A stretch of DNA of 64,000 nt from Camelus ferus. Its lineage: Eukaryota. A model generated the notes under the pieces. It had not been told where the DNA came from, searched no databases, and was given only the letters and a program-made list of their open reading frames with translations. This document shows, in pieces, positions 13,239 through 25,965 of the stretch (position 1 is its first letter; each line of letters begins with the position of its first letter). A program made the position numbers and the translations under genes. The stretch lies in the NCBI RefSeq assembly GCF_009834535.1, contig NC_045696.1, positions 52,516,001 to 52,580,000 on the forward strand, read 5' to 3'.

Positions 13239-13680
13239 TATGTTGGATGCTGTGTTATATCACCTAGATCCCCTCTAACTTACTTCAGAAGTAATATATT
13301 CATCCCACCGCAGTCAACCTATAGGCTGCTGATAGTCTGTAGCTGATGCATTCTCTTGAAATTGTCCTTGGTTGAAGGGAGCTGCCTTGTTCAAGGCCAC
13401 ACCCTTTGCCAAGGGCAGTGCAATTCAATCACCTGATAATGCAGGAGTACAAAGGTTCAGCCTTGTCATGATGTGGACAGATCTAAAGGGACATCCCAGC
13501 TTCAGACTTCCCCTAGGTCTGAGCTCTAGCGGTCCCACAGATCTCTTTCAACTTCTCTTTTTACCCAGTCCTCTTCTCTCATTCTTTTATTGGTGGTGTT
13601 CTGGAAAGCACTCCCTAATAAAAAAGCTGCATGCAAATATCTGCCCAGAGTCTGTTTTCCAGGCAACTGGACTTAAAGTA
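13239..13680 (+). mobile_element. 3' LTR (LTR16-like) of ERV-L provirus
   Basis: Preceded by a G-rich PPT-like tract; cctagatcccct...gaagggagctgccttg...gtacaaaggttcagcc...gcactccctaataaa...ctgcatgcaaatatctgcccagagtctgttttcc end. Confidence 0.75.
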
Positions 13681-13763
13681 GGTGTTTTTCCTGTTTTCAG
13701 GCTTTTGAACTTCCCAGTAAATGTTTGAGGTGTTCTTGCCTGTCCTCGTCAGCTCCACCTAAG

Positions 13764-13945
13764 CCAGTGACTTTCAATTCTTCCTCCCCATTAGAATTAT
13801 TTAATTGCTTAAAAAATTAATTTTAAGGACCTACCCCCCAGAACAATGAAATAAGAATCTCTGGGGATAGAGCCTTAATATTTATATTTTTCAAAGGCCC
13901 CCTTGATGTTTCTGATGTATAATGATAGTTGAAAACTACTGATCT
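13764..13945. mobile_element. MER5A-like MITE
   Basis: cagtgactttcaa...cattagaattat...agaatctctgggg...ttctgatgtat...gttgaaaactactg. Confidence 0.65.
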
Positions 13946-13949
13946 TACC

Positions 13950-14185
13950 AGTTCCTGCTAATCAATGTTTTGGTGTATCTACTAGCTATCATTTCTTCTG
14001 AGACATTCTCCATGATCAATTCCTTAAGGCTCAAGCACTCCTAGCCCTCTGTATTTGGGGCTTATCATGCTCTATAATTGCCTATTTACTAACCATTTTT
14101 GCCCACTTGACTATGAGTTCCTTAAGAGAGAGATTATATCTTAATCACTATAGTAACCCCAGTGAATAGTCCTATGTCTGACTCA
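13950..14185 (+). mobile_element. L2 3' region (continuation of an L2 interrupted by the ERV and MER5)
   Basis: cccacttgactatgagttccttaagagagagattatatctt...ccccagtg motif. Confidence 0.55.
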
Positions 14186-14679
14186 TTTTTCTTTCTTTAT
14201 ACATATGTGTTTAATAAATGGGATGTAGATTTGGGAGTCACCGGCATGCAAATGGTAACAGAGCTGGGAATGAGGATGAGATTGCTATGGAACGATATAC
14301 AATTATCAATCCTTTTACATATGAGAACTCTTTTTTAACATTAAAGTTTTAATGACAACAGGAAATCCAACATATGTTGGAAGCAATTAGAATATATATG
14401 TGGGAAACTTAGCACACATTTTTTTTCAGACAATGCTTGGTGTCAATATGGTTTCAAGGACTTCTTTTGATTATACAGAGGTCTGCCCAAGAATCTCTCT
14501 AGAAGGAGCATAGGAACTACAACAGAATCCTTGGAACACTGATACATATGAGTAGGTGGAAAAAGAAGTGGCTGTCAAGGACAGAGAGGAAGATGGGCCA
14601 GGAATAAGAAAAGATCTTGTTTAGTTGCCGAACCAAGAGAAGAGGTGATGTCAAGCTGCCAGTCCTCAGAGAGGTTAGA

Positions 14680-15237
14680 TTACAATAGCCTGTGGTCCTG
14701 GTTTTCACCTTGAACATTCCTCCTTCCCTCACCCCAACCACATCTTTTTTGATCAGAGTGAGTTACCAATAATCTGTATTATGACCTTTAACCTTTAACA
14801 ACCCTCTTTCTGCATATTGGGGCAGCCAGATTGCCTCTCTTCTCTCTCTCTAGAATTAGAATTAGAAGATGTAAGAATGAGAGTTAGCAGTGGAGGCAGA
14901 GCTGAAAGAAACCACCTAGTGAGCCATGAGATAGAACCTGGGCACTGAAAGCAGAGGCTGTGAGTAATTCAAACTCAGATCCATAGAATAGTGCAACAAA
15001 TTAGCAAGTGGCTGGGAGAAGAGATTTAAATGGATGGGCCACGGAGCAGAGGCCCAGCAAGAGAGAGATTCATACAGTCCATGGGACAGGCAGCTGGTTT
15101 GAAGGGGGTGCTCCCTGACACTGCCCCTCTCTCCTGCTTCCAGTTCCACTCCAGATCCTGGATGTTACAGCAAACTTCCCTTTATATCATCTGAATGGGA
15201 CCCTTTTCCTCATGATCAAAGTACTCTCACTAAAATA
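14680..15237 (+). mobile_element. old MLT1 (K-N-like) LTR
   Basis: MLT1-like 3' end (aaacttccctttat...atgatcaaagtactctcactaaaata) and internal motifs. Confidence 0.4.
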
Positions 15238-15701
15238 GTAGCCAGAGTGATTACTCAGGTTTTGTGGCTCTCAATCCAGTGCTCTCTCCATTGTATCTAT
15301 TGGTCTTTGTAGCTGTTTGGGCCTTTCTTTTCTACCTCCTGACTGACTTTCTTTATGCAACGTGTATTGGGGGTGGGAGGAGGCAAGATACAAGATACAA
15401 TTCATACAGTCTATACTACTAGTTATGCCTTCTATTATTAAGATGACTCTTTCAAAAACAACCAATGTTGACTTACTGTACTTTTAAAAATTTTGTTCTC
15501 AGCCCTTGATGACTCTGTTATTGCATAAACATGTTATCAATCATCTTACTTGTATGAATATGGCTGGATTTTTTCCCCAACTCTATTTTTTATAGTTGTC
15601 TAAACCAGTAGAGTGGAGCGCAAGAGTTGGTGTTATCTCTAACGGCTGACTCATAACTCATTTCCCTTTGGTAGTTTATACTGGAAGAATTTAACTCAGC
15701 A

Positions 15702-16072
15702 CCATCAGTCAGGTTTCAACCAGAGAAGCAGACCAGTGGGAGATTATATTAAGAGATTTATTGCAAGAAATTGGCTTATGTGATTGTGGAGGCTGGCTAG
15801 GCAAGTCTGAAATCTATAGGGCAGGCCATGAACTCTTGGGCACAGTATGAAACTGATGTCCACAGGCAGAATTTCTTCATCAGGGAAGTCTCAGCTTTGC
15901 TCTTAAGACATTTCAGCTGATAAGAGTCGGGTCTACCTGGATTATCTAGCATAATTGCCCTTATTTAAAGTCAATTTATTATGGGCTTTAATCATATCTA
16001 CAAAATACCTTCACAGTTAATTGAATAACTGAGGACTGTAGTCTAGACAAGTGGACACATCAAAAGATCATC
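15702..16072 (-). mobile_element. MLT2D-like ERVL LTR
   Basis: agtcaggtttcaaccagagaagcagaccagtggg...gagatttattgcaagaaattggcttatgtgattgtggaggctggctaggcaagtctgaaatc...tacaaaataccttcacag...gacaagtggacacat. Confidence 0.85.
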
Positions 16073-16289
16073 ATAAGCACCATGGAAAAGGGTTACTATG
16101 AAAATGCAAAATGCTATCATTATTATGAAAAAAGTAGATTTTTTGTTTGTTTGTTTATTTTACTTCTCTAAGCTTCAACTTTCTCTGGAAAAAAAATGAG
16201 CAAATTGGATTTGACTGATTTTTTAAATTTGCTCAGTATCTATTTATTCATTCATTTGCCAGCAATACACTTTGCTAGCCATTTTCATT

Positions 16290-16994
16290 CATTTCATCAG
16301 CAAATCCTGTCAGTTCTGCCTTCAAAATATATTGGGACTCCTACTACTACTCTGTTTACTATTACTATCCTGCCCCAAGTTACTATCTAGATTTTTAGAT
16401 TATTGTAATACAGCATCCTTAATTGGTCTCCTTGCTTCTCACCTGGTCCCCACTGTAATTTAATGTCCATATAGCACCTAGTGTAAGTCTTCTAAAACTC
16501 CAGATAGATCATATTACCCCTTTGGTTAAGCACTCCAAGCAATTCTTTTATCACTCAAAGTAAAAGCCCAAGTCCCTTTTTTGGCCCATGTGTGCCTACA
16601 TGATCCTGAGCCCACAACTTCACTCTTGTCGCCCAACTCTTTCATCTGCCTTTGCTCCATCCCAGTATCCTAGGCCTCCTTGCTTTTGCTCCAGCATCCC
16701 AAAACTATTCCCATTGTAGGGTCTTTACACATACTGTTCTCTCTGGCCAGAATGAGGACTTTACTTTGTTTCCTCACTTCCTTCAAGTGTCAGCTTAATT
16801 TTCACCTTTTCATAGTGGACTTTCTTGGTCACCCCTTAATAAATAGCATCCTTTTGCAATATCATAATGCTCTGTCTCCTTTCCTGGTGGTATTCTTCCT
16901 TGCATCCACCACTTGATCTGCTTTGTTTCTTGCAGTACCTAGAACAGTGCCTGGGATGTAGTTGGCATTCAAAAACTATTTGTTGAGTGAATGT
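16290..16994 (+). mobile_element. L2a LINE 3' fragment
   Basis: catcagcaaatcctgtcagttctgccttcaaaatat...aattggtctccttgcttc...cctagaacagtgcctgg...tatttgttgagtgaatg. Confidence 0.85.
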
Positions 16995-18149
16995 GAGATA
17001 GAAAGGTATCAACTTGTTGTGAGAGGCAGGAAAAAAACCTAAATCCTCCTATCTGAGCACTTTACAGTGCTTTTATGTTGAGAAAAATCCTTCTGTATAT
17101 CAAATTTGGCAGGGAATTCTCTCTGTTTTTTTTCTCTTTTGAATGGTATTGTGATATCGTTTCTCCCATGACCACTCATTGAATGTGTTTCCATGGTTAC
17201 AGTGTTATTTCTCATCAGAATCCTCTTGAGGAGACACCTGAATTTTGTATCCCAATAAGTTAAAATTCCCTTTGCATACTATGAAGATATAGGTGGACTT
17301 TCACAACTTCAGTTTCCTGTGTCATTCACCAAATTATTTGCAAAGGAGGGTAAAAGACATATTTAGGGTTCAATCCAGAGTTCTGAAAAATGGCACAACA
17401 GGAAACAGACAAACTGAGTTACCCACACGTTTGCTGATCAGCGAGAGTCCCAGTGAGATCAATCCAGTTTTGCCTTGCTTCTCACCAGTAGGGCCTTGGC
17501 GAACTCGTTATTATGCCCTTGTCTTTGTAACCAATCAAGCTGTGGATTCCTTAGGCTGTTTACTTTTTCTTTTCTATTCTGAGGATAGGAATAAAAGTAC
17601 AAACAAGTATACCTCTAGAGCCTAATTTGTGAATTAACCCCAGAAAACAAATGAAGTATGGCTAATGTTTACATTCAGTGAGCACATGGGGATCTCGCTG
17701 TGTTAGTACATCACAGAGGAGCCAACCATACAATTTAGACAAGTTAGCATCTAAGCTCAATTTTTACATGGAGAGCTAGCATAGAGAACCTCTGAGAAGA
17801 GAGAAAAGTTTATTTTTACTTTGTCTTATTTTGCTTTTTAGTGTCTGTTTCATGTCCAACCCCAAGCTTTATAAAGATCTCAAAGTCAGTATCATTGTAA
17901 TCACTGAAAAGCAAGTTAGATTTTTATTGTGATATCTACAAAATGCGGCAAGAGAAACTGCATTTTAAGACATAGAATAGCATGTTCTAACCCTATGCCT
18001 TGTTGGAGTTCTGTTTGCTAGCTTTTCCTCCATAGGCTAAATCTGTTTGTTCAAGCCTGTCCTCTGACCACATTCAAAAAAAAAATATTCAAAACTTATT
18101 ATATCTCCCAGAGTACATGTTATCCTTGAAAGAATTAACTTAAATTCAC

Positions 18150-18335
18150 TTATTCATTCAACAAACATTTGCTGAGCATATACTATGTACTCTGATAAGA
18201 ATAAGAACTGGCCTCTGAGTTTAAGAAAATCAATATTGTGTGCACCCTCAAGCAGTGTAGGGAGATATGATACAATAAGCATATTATTGAGCAAGATGTG
18301 ATAACTCCTGCAAATGAAATAAATGCATAAAGTCA
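18150..18335 (-). mobile_element. L2 3' end
   Basis: tattcattcaacaaacatttgctgagcatatactatg. Confidence 0.7.
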
Positions 18336-20987
18336 TAAAAGAGTTTCTGTTCCTTCTGGAAAACTCAGTTCCTCACTTCCTTGGTGAACAGCCTCATTGA
18401 TTGTCCATCACTAAAATTTTTCCTCCACTACCCCTCTCAAACTGAAAAGGATTCAAAACACCACTCCAACCTGAGTTTTAAGATCTACCTTTTTGCAGAT
18501 GTATTTTATGACTAAATTGCTCTGTCTGTCTGACATAGGTCATTAGTTTCTTGACTAAGATCTATGCCTTTTTCTCAGTCTATCCCTGCACTAAGTAGCT
18601 GCTATTTCACAAATAATAAATAAAAAATGGTGATGACTGCCTGAGTCTTCAAGATCTACTCACTGGCTTCTAAATCACATCTTTCATTTCTTTTGTTGGG
18701 GAATATGGCAAATACTTCTTAGAGCAACTGAAAAAGTTAGTTTGGCTGTTCTAACCAGCATTTTTAAAAAAGGCTGAATGAGAGTAAATGGAATCAATGA
18801 TTAGATGAAGTGATTTCCTGGGACTGTAGAGATTGAGTATAAAGATATATGGCACTTTCTCTGGTCCCAAGAAAGGTACAGCTGTTTGGATTCCTATTAA
18901 TCAATTAAGGATGAAAGGGAAATTCTGCCTAATAAAATGGACTGAGTCATAGACAATTGGCTCTGGAGCATGTCCCTTTCAGAATATGATTTGGGACCTA
19001 CGTTTGCAATTCTTTCAGCCAAAATGGCCTCAGACTCCTGAGTTCCCCATAGGATCTCATCTAATGTAATTTCCTGAGATTGAAATACTACAGCTGAAAA
19101 CACAACAGGTCACATGTGGCTTAGAAGCTTAGGTGGGCAGAACTGCACACGAGTCCCCTGAAGTAGGCAGGACAAGCATATGCATACACCTACCCTGCTC
19201 ATCAGTTTTCTCTGACTTCATGTTGGCCTCAAAGTTATGGTTGTTCTGAAGTCATCAGTCTTGCTTACACCACTTCCGTACAAGGCTAGCCATGTGTGTA
19301 TATAATAGCCATGGCTATTATAATGTTAATTTGTAGTAAAAAAGCCAACTATTTGGACTAACAGATGAAAATTTCAAGGTACTAGGAAAAACTTAAACAA
19401 ATACCTAGTTGATTCTAAACTGCTGTTTGGCATCAAATAACCAAGAATTTAACTTTCTCACTAAATTTATCAGTTTTATTCAGTTAGTGAATCTCATTCT
19501 AACTAAACACTGATCTACTGGGACTCATTCTTCATCTGCCTTTTTTTTCTATGCTGAATATTTGACTATACTTGTCATCTAAACTCTGTAGACTTAAAAC
19601 AAGCTTATATCCATACATTAACTCTCGTCCTTTGACCAAGTAGATACATAGATTAAACAGATAGACTTTTTAAATGACCTTATATTCTCTAAATTAAATC
19701 AGGTAACATTCAGATTTAATGTAATACAATGTTGATTATGAAGGTTTTAAAGCCATAACCCTATTATACATACTTCTAATTTGTGGAAATTGTACAAATG
19801 AAATTTAGATATATAGACCTTCAGTAATGATGACATGGAACTTTGTGCCTATAGATATGACAAGAAGGCATTTTGACTGCTGCCAATTCCAAGCTTGTTA
19901 CATAGTATTTGAAACTGACACAGGAGAATACACTACAGATCTACGTATTCCTGAGGGTTCATTTTCCACTGTGATGGCACCAGCTGTATGGAACTTGCAT
20001 GAGTCACAGGTTAAGCTAGAAATAGCAAGTGTCTGGAGGAGCAGTTCTCCTTAAAGTGAGGTGTGCTCCATGCTTGTGATGGAGCTTTAAAACAATGTTT
20101 TGGAATCATGCTGCTAGATTACTATGAGCCTAGTATATTTCAGGTCACAAAGTTTGTTCTAGGGCTGCCTCTGGGTTTTCCACAGGTAGTTTATGGACAA
20201 TTGAAGATTCTCATTGGAATAGCACATCTGTTCCCAGGTGAAAAGAAAAACATGACAACCTCTCAGATGAAATGAGCCACTAGGTAACATTAAGAAGAAT
20301 TCAGCTAATAGCTGCCATTTCAATAGAAGCAGCCCATCAGATAGATGAAATGGCTAAGGGCTTTATGATAATGGTTGCATTAAAAAAATCAGTCCCAAAC
20401 AACAGATAGTTTTCTCTGTTCAGTTACATATTTATTCAGTCTGTGTTTGTGACATTTGGTTGAATTTATTTTGTTTGAGTTTGACCTAATCTGTTATAAT
20501 TTCAGTAAAAGTGGTCTCTAACAAGGGTTAAAAAATTCTTTACAGGGGAATCTTGATCAAGTACTTTAAAAGATGCTGTGTTGAAACCGTCTCTACCATT
20601 TAGATCTTCAAATACTTGCCAAATTAAAAACAAAAGGGAACTGATTTTCATATGCTTTGCTGCTTCTTATTACCAGCGAAATTTTACCCTTTTTGTTCTC
20701 TGACCTAACAATAAGTCAAAAAAAAAAAAACAAAACAAAACAAAAATGTAATATGGACCAAAATTTAATAATGTACTAAACGTATACAGTTTATTATTTC
20801 CAAGGACCTGTACTGTTGTTACAGTGTTCTTAATAATGCCTGCAGCTGACCCTATCAAATAGTGCTGCACCTGCCAACATTTCCTTCCCAAACCAGCCAT
20901 CCCCATGGCCTCCAGGCCTTCTCACAATTCCCAGGAAACCTGAGATGTAATTAAATCTTCTTATAACTCCCAGAAAGTTCACGGGGT

Positions 20988-21095
20988 TTATTCATTCATT
21001 CAACAAATATTTACTGAGCACGAAATACTGGCCCTACAGCACACTGAACAAAACATACAATCCCCCGCCCTCCCGGAGCATTCATTCTAGTGGGA
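20988..21095 (-). mobile_element. L2 3' end
   Basis: ttcattcattcaacaaatatttactgagcac...ggagcattcattctagtggg. Confidence 0.75.
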
Positions 21096-21305
21096 ATTTG
21101 GATGGAATCAGACTCCGCCAACTTCCCAGGAAAGACTGAAACCTGCAGAGGCCTGAACAGGATTCCCCACCAACTTCAAAAATCTCTAAAACAGCTGATC
21201 CAAACTCCAGCACAGATCCTAATTTTTTGGAGTTTGGAGACTCTGGGATGGGCCAGAGATTTGGAACTTTGTCTTCATGGGACCAGAAGTGTGGAGGACA
21301 TAATA

Positions 21306-23335
21306 TTTTTTTAACAATATAACATTTTTTATTGTTTTATAATCATTTTACAATATTGTGTCAAATTCCAGTGTAGAGCACGATTTTTCAGTTATACATG
21401 AACATATATATATTCATTGTCACCTTTTTTTTTCTGTGCGCTACCATAAGATCTTGTGTATATTTCCCTGTGCTATACAGTATAATCTTGTTTATCTATT
21501 CTACAATTTTGAAATCCCATCTATCCCTTCTCACCCTCCGCCCCCTTGGCAACCACAAGTTTGTATTCTATGTCTTTGAGTCTGTTTCTGTTTTGTATTT
21601 ATGCTTTGTTTGTTTGTTTGTTTTAGATTCCACATATGAGCGATCTTATATGGTATTTTTCTTTCTCTTTCTGGCTTACTTCACTTAGAATGACATTCTG
21701 CAGGAGCATCCATGTTGCTGCAAATGGTGTCATGTTGTCAGTTTTTATGGCTGAGTAGTATTCCATTGTATAAATATACCACCTCTTCTTTATCCAGTCA
21801 TCCGTTGATGGACATTTAGGCTGTCTCCATGTCTTGGCTATTGTAAATAGTGCTGCTATGAACATTGGGGTGCAGGTGTCATCCTGAAGTAGGGTTCCTT
21901 CTGGATATATGCCTAGGAGCAGGATTCCTGGGTCATACGGTAAGTCTATTCCTAGTCTTTTGAGGAATCTCCATACTGTTTTCCACAGTGGCTGCACCAA
22001 ACTGCATTCCCACCAGCAGTGTAGGAGGGTTCCCCTTTCTACACAGCCTCTCCAGCATTTGTCATTTGTGGATTTTTGAATGATGGCCATTCTGACTGGT
22101 GTGAGGTGATACCTCATTGTAGTTTTGATTTGCATTTCTCTGATAATTAGTGATATTGAGCATTTTTTCATGTGCCTTTTGATCATTTGTATGTCTTCCT
22201 TGGAGAATTGCTTGTTTAGGTCTTTTGCCTATTTTTGGATTGGGTTGTTTGGTTGTTTCTTATTAAGTTGTATGAGCTGCTTATATATTCTGGAGATCAA
22301 GCCTTTGTCGGTTTCATTTGCAAAAATTTTTCCCATTCCGTAGGTTGTCTTTTTGTTTTACTTCTGGTTTCCTTTGCTGTGCAGAAGCTTGTAAGTTTCA
22401 TTAGGTCCTATTTGTTTATTCTTGCTTTTATTTCTATTGCTTGAGTAGACTGTTCTAAGAGAGCATTTCTGAGATGTATGTCAGATAATGTTTTGCCTAT
22501 ATTTTCCTCTAGGAGGTTTATTGTATCTTGTCTTATGTTTAAGTCTTTGATCCATTTAGAGTTTATTTTTGTGTATGGTGTGAGGGAGTGTCCTAGCTTC
22601 ATTGCTTTACATGCTGCTGTCCAGTTTCCCCAACACCATTTGCTGAAGAGACTATCTTTATTCCATTGCATATTCTTGCCTCCTTTGTCGAAGATTAGTT
22701 GACCAAAAGTTTGTGGGTTCATTTCTGGGCTCTCTATTCTGTTCCATTGGTCTATATGTCTGTTTTTGTACCAATATCATGCTGTCTTGATGACTGTAGC
22801 TCTATAGTATTGTCTGAAATCTGGGAGAGTTATTCCTCTGGCCTCTTTCTTTCTCTTCAGTAATGTTTTGGCAATTCTAGGTCTTTGATGGTTCCATATA
22901 AATTTTATTATGATTTGTTCTAGTTCTGTGAAATATGTCCTGGGTAATTTGATAGGGATTGCATTAAATCTGTAGATTGCCTTGGGCAGTATGACCATTT
23001 TAACAATATTGATTCTTCCAATCCAAGAGCATGGGGTATCTTTCCATTTTTAAAAGTCTTCTTTAATTTCCTTCATGAATGATTTATAGTTTTCTGTGTA
23101 TGATTCTTTTACCTCCTTGGTTAGATTTATCTCTAGGTATTTTATTACTTTGGGTGCTATTTTAAAGGGGATTGTTTCCTTACTTTCTTTTTCTGTTGCT
23201 TCATCATTAGTGTAAAGAAATGCAACTGATTTTTGAACGTTAATCTTGTAACCTGCTACCTTGCTGAATTCTTTAATCAGCTCTAGTAGTTTTTGTGTGG
23301 ACCTTTTATGGTCTTCTATATATAGTAACATGTCA
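21306..23335 (-). mobile_element. young lineage-specific L1, 5'-truncated (2.0 kb: C-terminal ORF2 + 3' UTR), inactivated
   Basis: ORF track pieces 23050-23358, 22777-22998, 22408-22722 and 21623-22186 are consecutive L1 ORF2 segments ([56 protein letters not shown]). Four in-frame stops and one frameshift near 22325. TSD gaggacataata (21294-21305) / gaggatgtaata (23336-23347). Confidence 0.95.
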
Positions 23336-25729
23336 GAGGATGTAATACAGTCTTCCACTGTTACTTAGGTGGTTTTAGTGAAGTGGACCCTCAGGGATAT
23401 GTACGGTTGTCCATCTAAAATAAAACAAAAAGCAACAACAAGATTAAAACAAGCTTCGTTAAATATATTACTTATGCTGATATGTTTCTTCTCTTTATTT
23501 TTATGTTTAATTTTATTTCTCTGCAAAGCAGACTGTCAAAGAATTTGAGATTTTAAAGAATTGTTTTTGATTTGCTTTTTTACAAATTCCTGGCAGTGAT
23601 ATAAAATATTAAGGCAAAATTTGTTTTTGTTTTGAATTTCCTAAATTTATTAGAACACTTGTCTCTATTAAAAATATGAGCATTAGGTATATTAAGAGAG
23701 ATTTCGAAGGAGCTTGAGACAAAATTGTGAGTGATGTTGCCATATGGATGACAATAGCAAGACAGTGGCACTGGTATGAAAAGGTAAAAACAGTTGACTG
23801 ACTTGTACAAACTTCTGTAATGATTCAGGGGTGGAAACAGCCACTATCTATATAGCCCCTGAAAAGTCTGGGAAATCTATGAAGACCACGTAAATACCTA
23901 GGACCTGGCAAGGATGTTTTGACCCACCAAAAATGTGGGCACACTGGGAAGAATTTTGTAAAGATTATTTGAGAGTGCCTAAGTTTTAAATTTACAGCCT
24001 TTGATCTACAACTTGAAATTTGCATTTTTATTAGAAAGAGATTTAAGTCCTGGATGAACTGTCCTTTACCACTTCTAAGTCTTCTCAGGTCTAAACCTAA
24101 GGTCCAGAGTGCACATCAACTGTTGTCATTGACACTGAAGTGAGATAGTGGCTTTGCAAAGAACCTGTCTTTATTTATCTGACCATATGACACAGAGCCA
24201 CCTCAAGTCTCTTTTCTGCTCAGTCTTTCCTCTATTAATGTCTCCTGATTGGAGGCCTCGAGCACAGCTGTTATTGTGTTGGTGCAAGGAGTCTATCCAT
24301 AATGACCTTCTGTACGGCCAGGAAGCTGTGTGCCTGTGAGCACCCAGTTATATCGCAGGCTAGACAGCACCTTCTGTTGGCTCTGGTGAATGAGCCAGGA
24401 AGCACAATGATAAATCTCTATGATTAATCTTGATTGTTGGACAGGAGCACAAGAGACCCCTAACCCCAGCCCAACTTTCTTTTTCATTAGCCCCCTGATA
24501 CTATCTCCTGAATAACATCAAAAGTAAACAGCTTTTAAATACTGCACAAGTTTCCAATACTAAAAGCTGATAAAGTTTATTGTACTTATAAAATAAATAG
24601 AAGGAAATGCTTTCAGTTTCCTAGTCACAGGTCTCTGGGGAGATTCCAGGTATAATTTATTGCTTCAATTTTAAGATTATAGTGTCCTTTCATACACACT
24701 CTCTCTTCTTTTGCTGTCTCTTTTTTCTCTTCAGTATTTTATGTCTCAAGCACAACACATAAGTGAGCAGGCACAGACAATGTCAAAGCTTCTGTCACAT
24801 ACTCTTATTTTTGTCACAAGGCCTTAGTTACCTCTTTAAAGATAATCCTCTCATAAGTTTACATTTTTTCTCTATTTATGTTTCTATTCTTTTCTTTAGT
24901 TAACATATAGACTGTTCTTTCATTATACCTAAGCTGCTTCTAATTCCACTGTTTGTATTCTGGAACCACCACCTATGGAGCCATGCCCTCATGAATGTAT
25001 GAGATTAACATATGGCTGGTGATCTGCAACTGAAAATATAAAATGTCCACTTCCAATAGTGTTCACCCAGATTTTGTAATTGTTTTATATGGAAGAAAAT
25101 CTTCTGTGTATTTGATGATTAGACTCTGAGTTTTAAATGCTCAAAAAAGGGTGCTTAGATAAACTTCTGGTCCCATAGATGCTCTACTTACTGATTAACC
25201 AATGTTGTTCACAGGTTCTGGAAACCTGGTCTTTCCCTGGATGTAAAAATGGCAGTGACTGTGGAGAATATCTGGTATGATAATCTCCTTTCCTTCACAC
25301 CACTCTTGGTTTCATTATTTATGAGGTGCTGCATTTTGAAAACACATTTGAACTTGAATTATCACCCTATATATATGGAATTAAAGTGCATTTAACCTTT
25401 CCTTAGCTAATTGCACTGTATTCCACGCAGTATCCTGCAAGGCAGAGGTAGCAAGCAGCAACATCTTAGGTTCAGGGTGAGATGAGAGAGAAAATTGTTG
25501 TGTTCCTTTATTTATCATAAAGATCAACTGAAAAGGCGGCCATCTGAGAACAATGGGTAAAGCCTTCAGAAGGCCAGAGCTTTGCCAAATGTGGCTTATA
25601 AAATGTAGAAGTGTCTTTACCCATGCCTTTTACAAGATGGTTATTTATATTCACATATGGAAAGGCATGGTGTAAGATAAAAAGTACTATTTTAGAGTGT
25701 TTATGAAGTGCCTTGTTAATTACTATTTT

Positions 25730-25965
25730 AAAATAGTAATACTTGACATTTATTGGGGCTTATGATGTGCCAGAAGTTGAGACATATACGTATTTTTTTC
25801 TTTAAATGTCATAGGAAAACTAAGGAAAAGACTATTGTCCCAAATTTACAGAAGAAAAGTGGGGTTTAAATAGGTGAAGTAACTCACTCAGGGTCACGTA
25901 GGTTGTAGATGGTGGAGCCAGGTTTAAAACCCAGCTCTGATTGACCCCAAATCTCTACTTTAACC
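25730..25965 (-). mobile_element. MIR SINE
   Basis: acatttattggggcttatgatgtgccag...attgtcccaaatttacagaagaa...ggtgaagtaact...gggtcac...gagccaggtttaaaacccag. Confidence 0.8.

Noticed and set aside
21623..23358. Long minus-strand ORFs (187, 104, 73 and 102 aa) as a protein-coding gene
   Set aside because: They are consecutive pieces of L1 ORF2 broken by stops and a frameshift, in a 5'-truncated copy.
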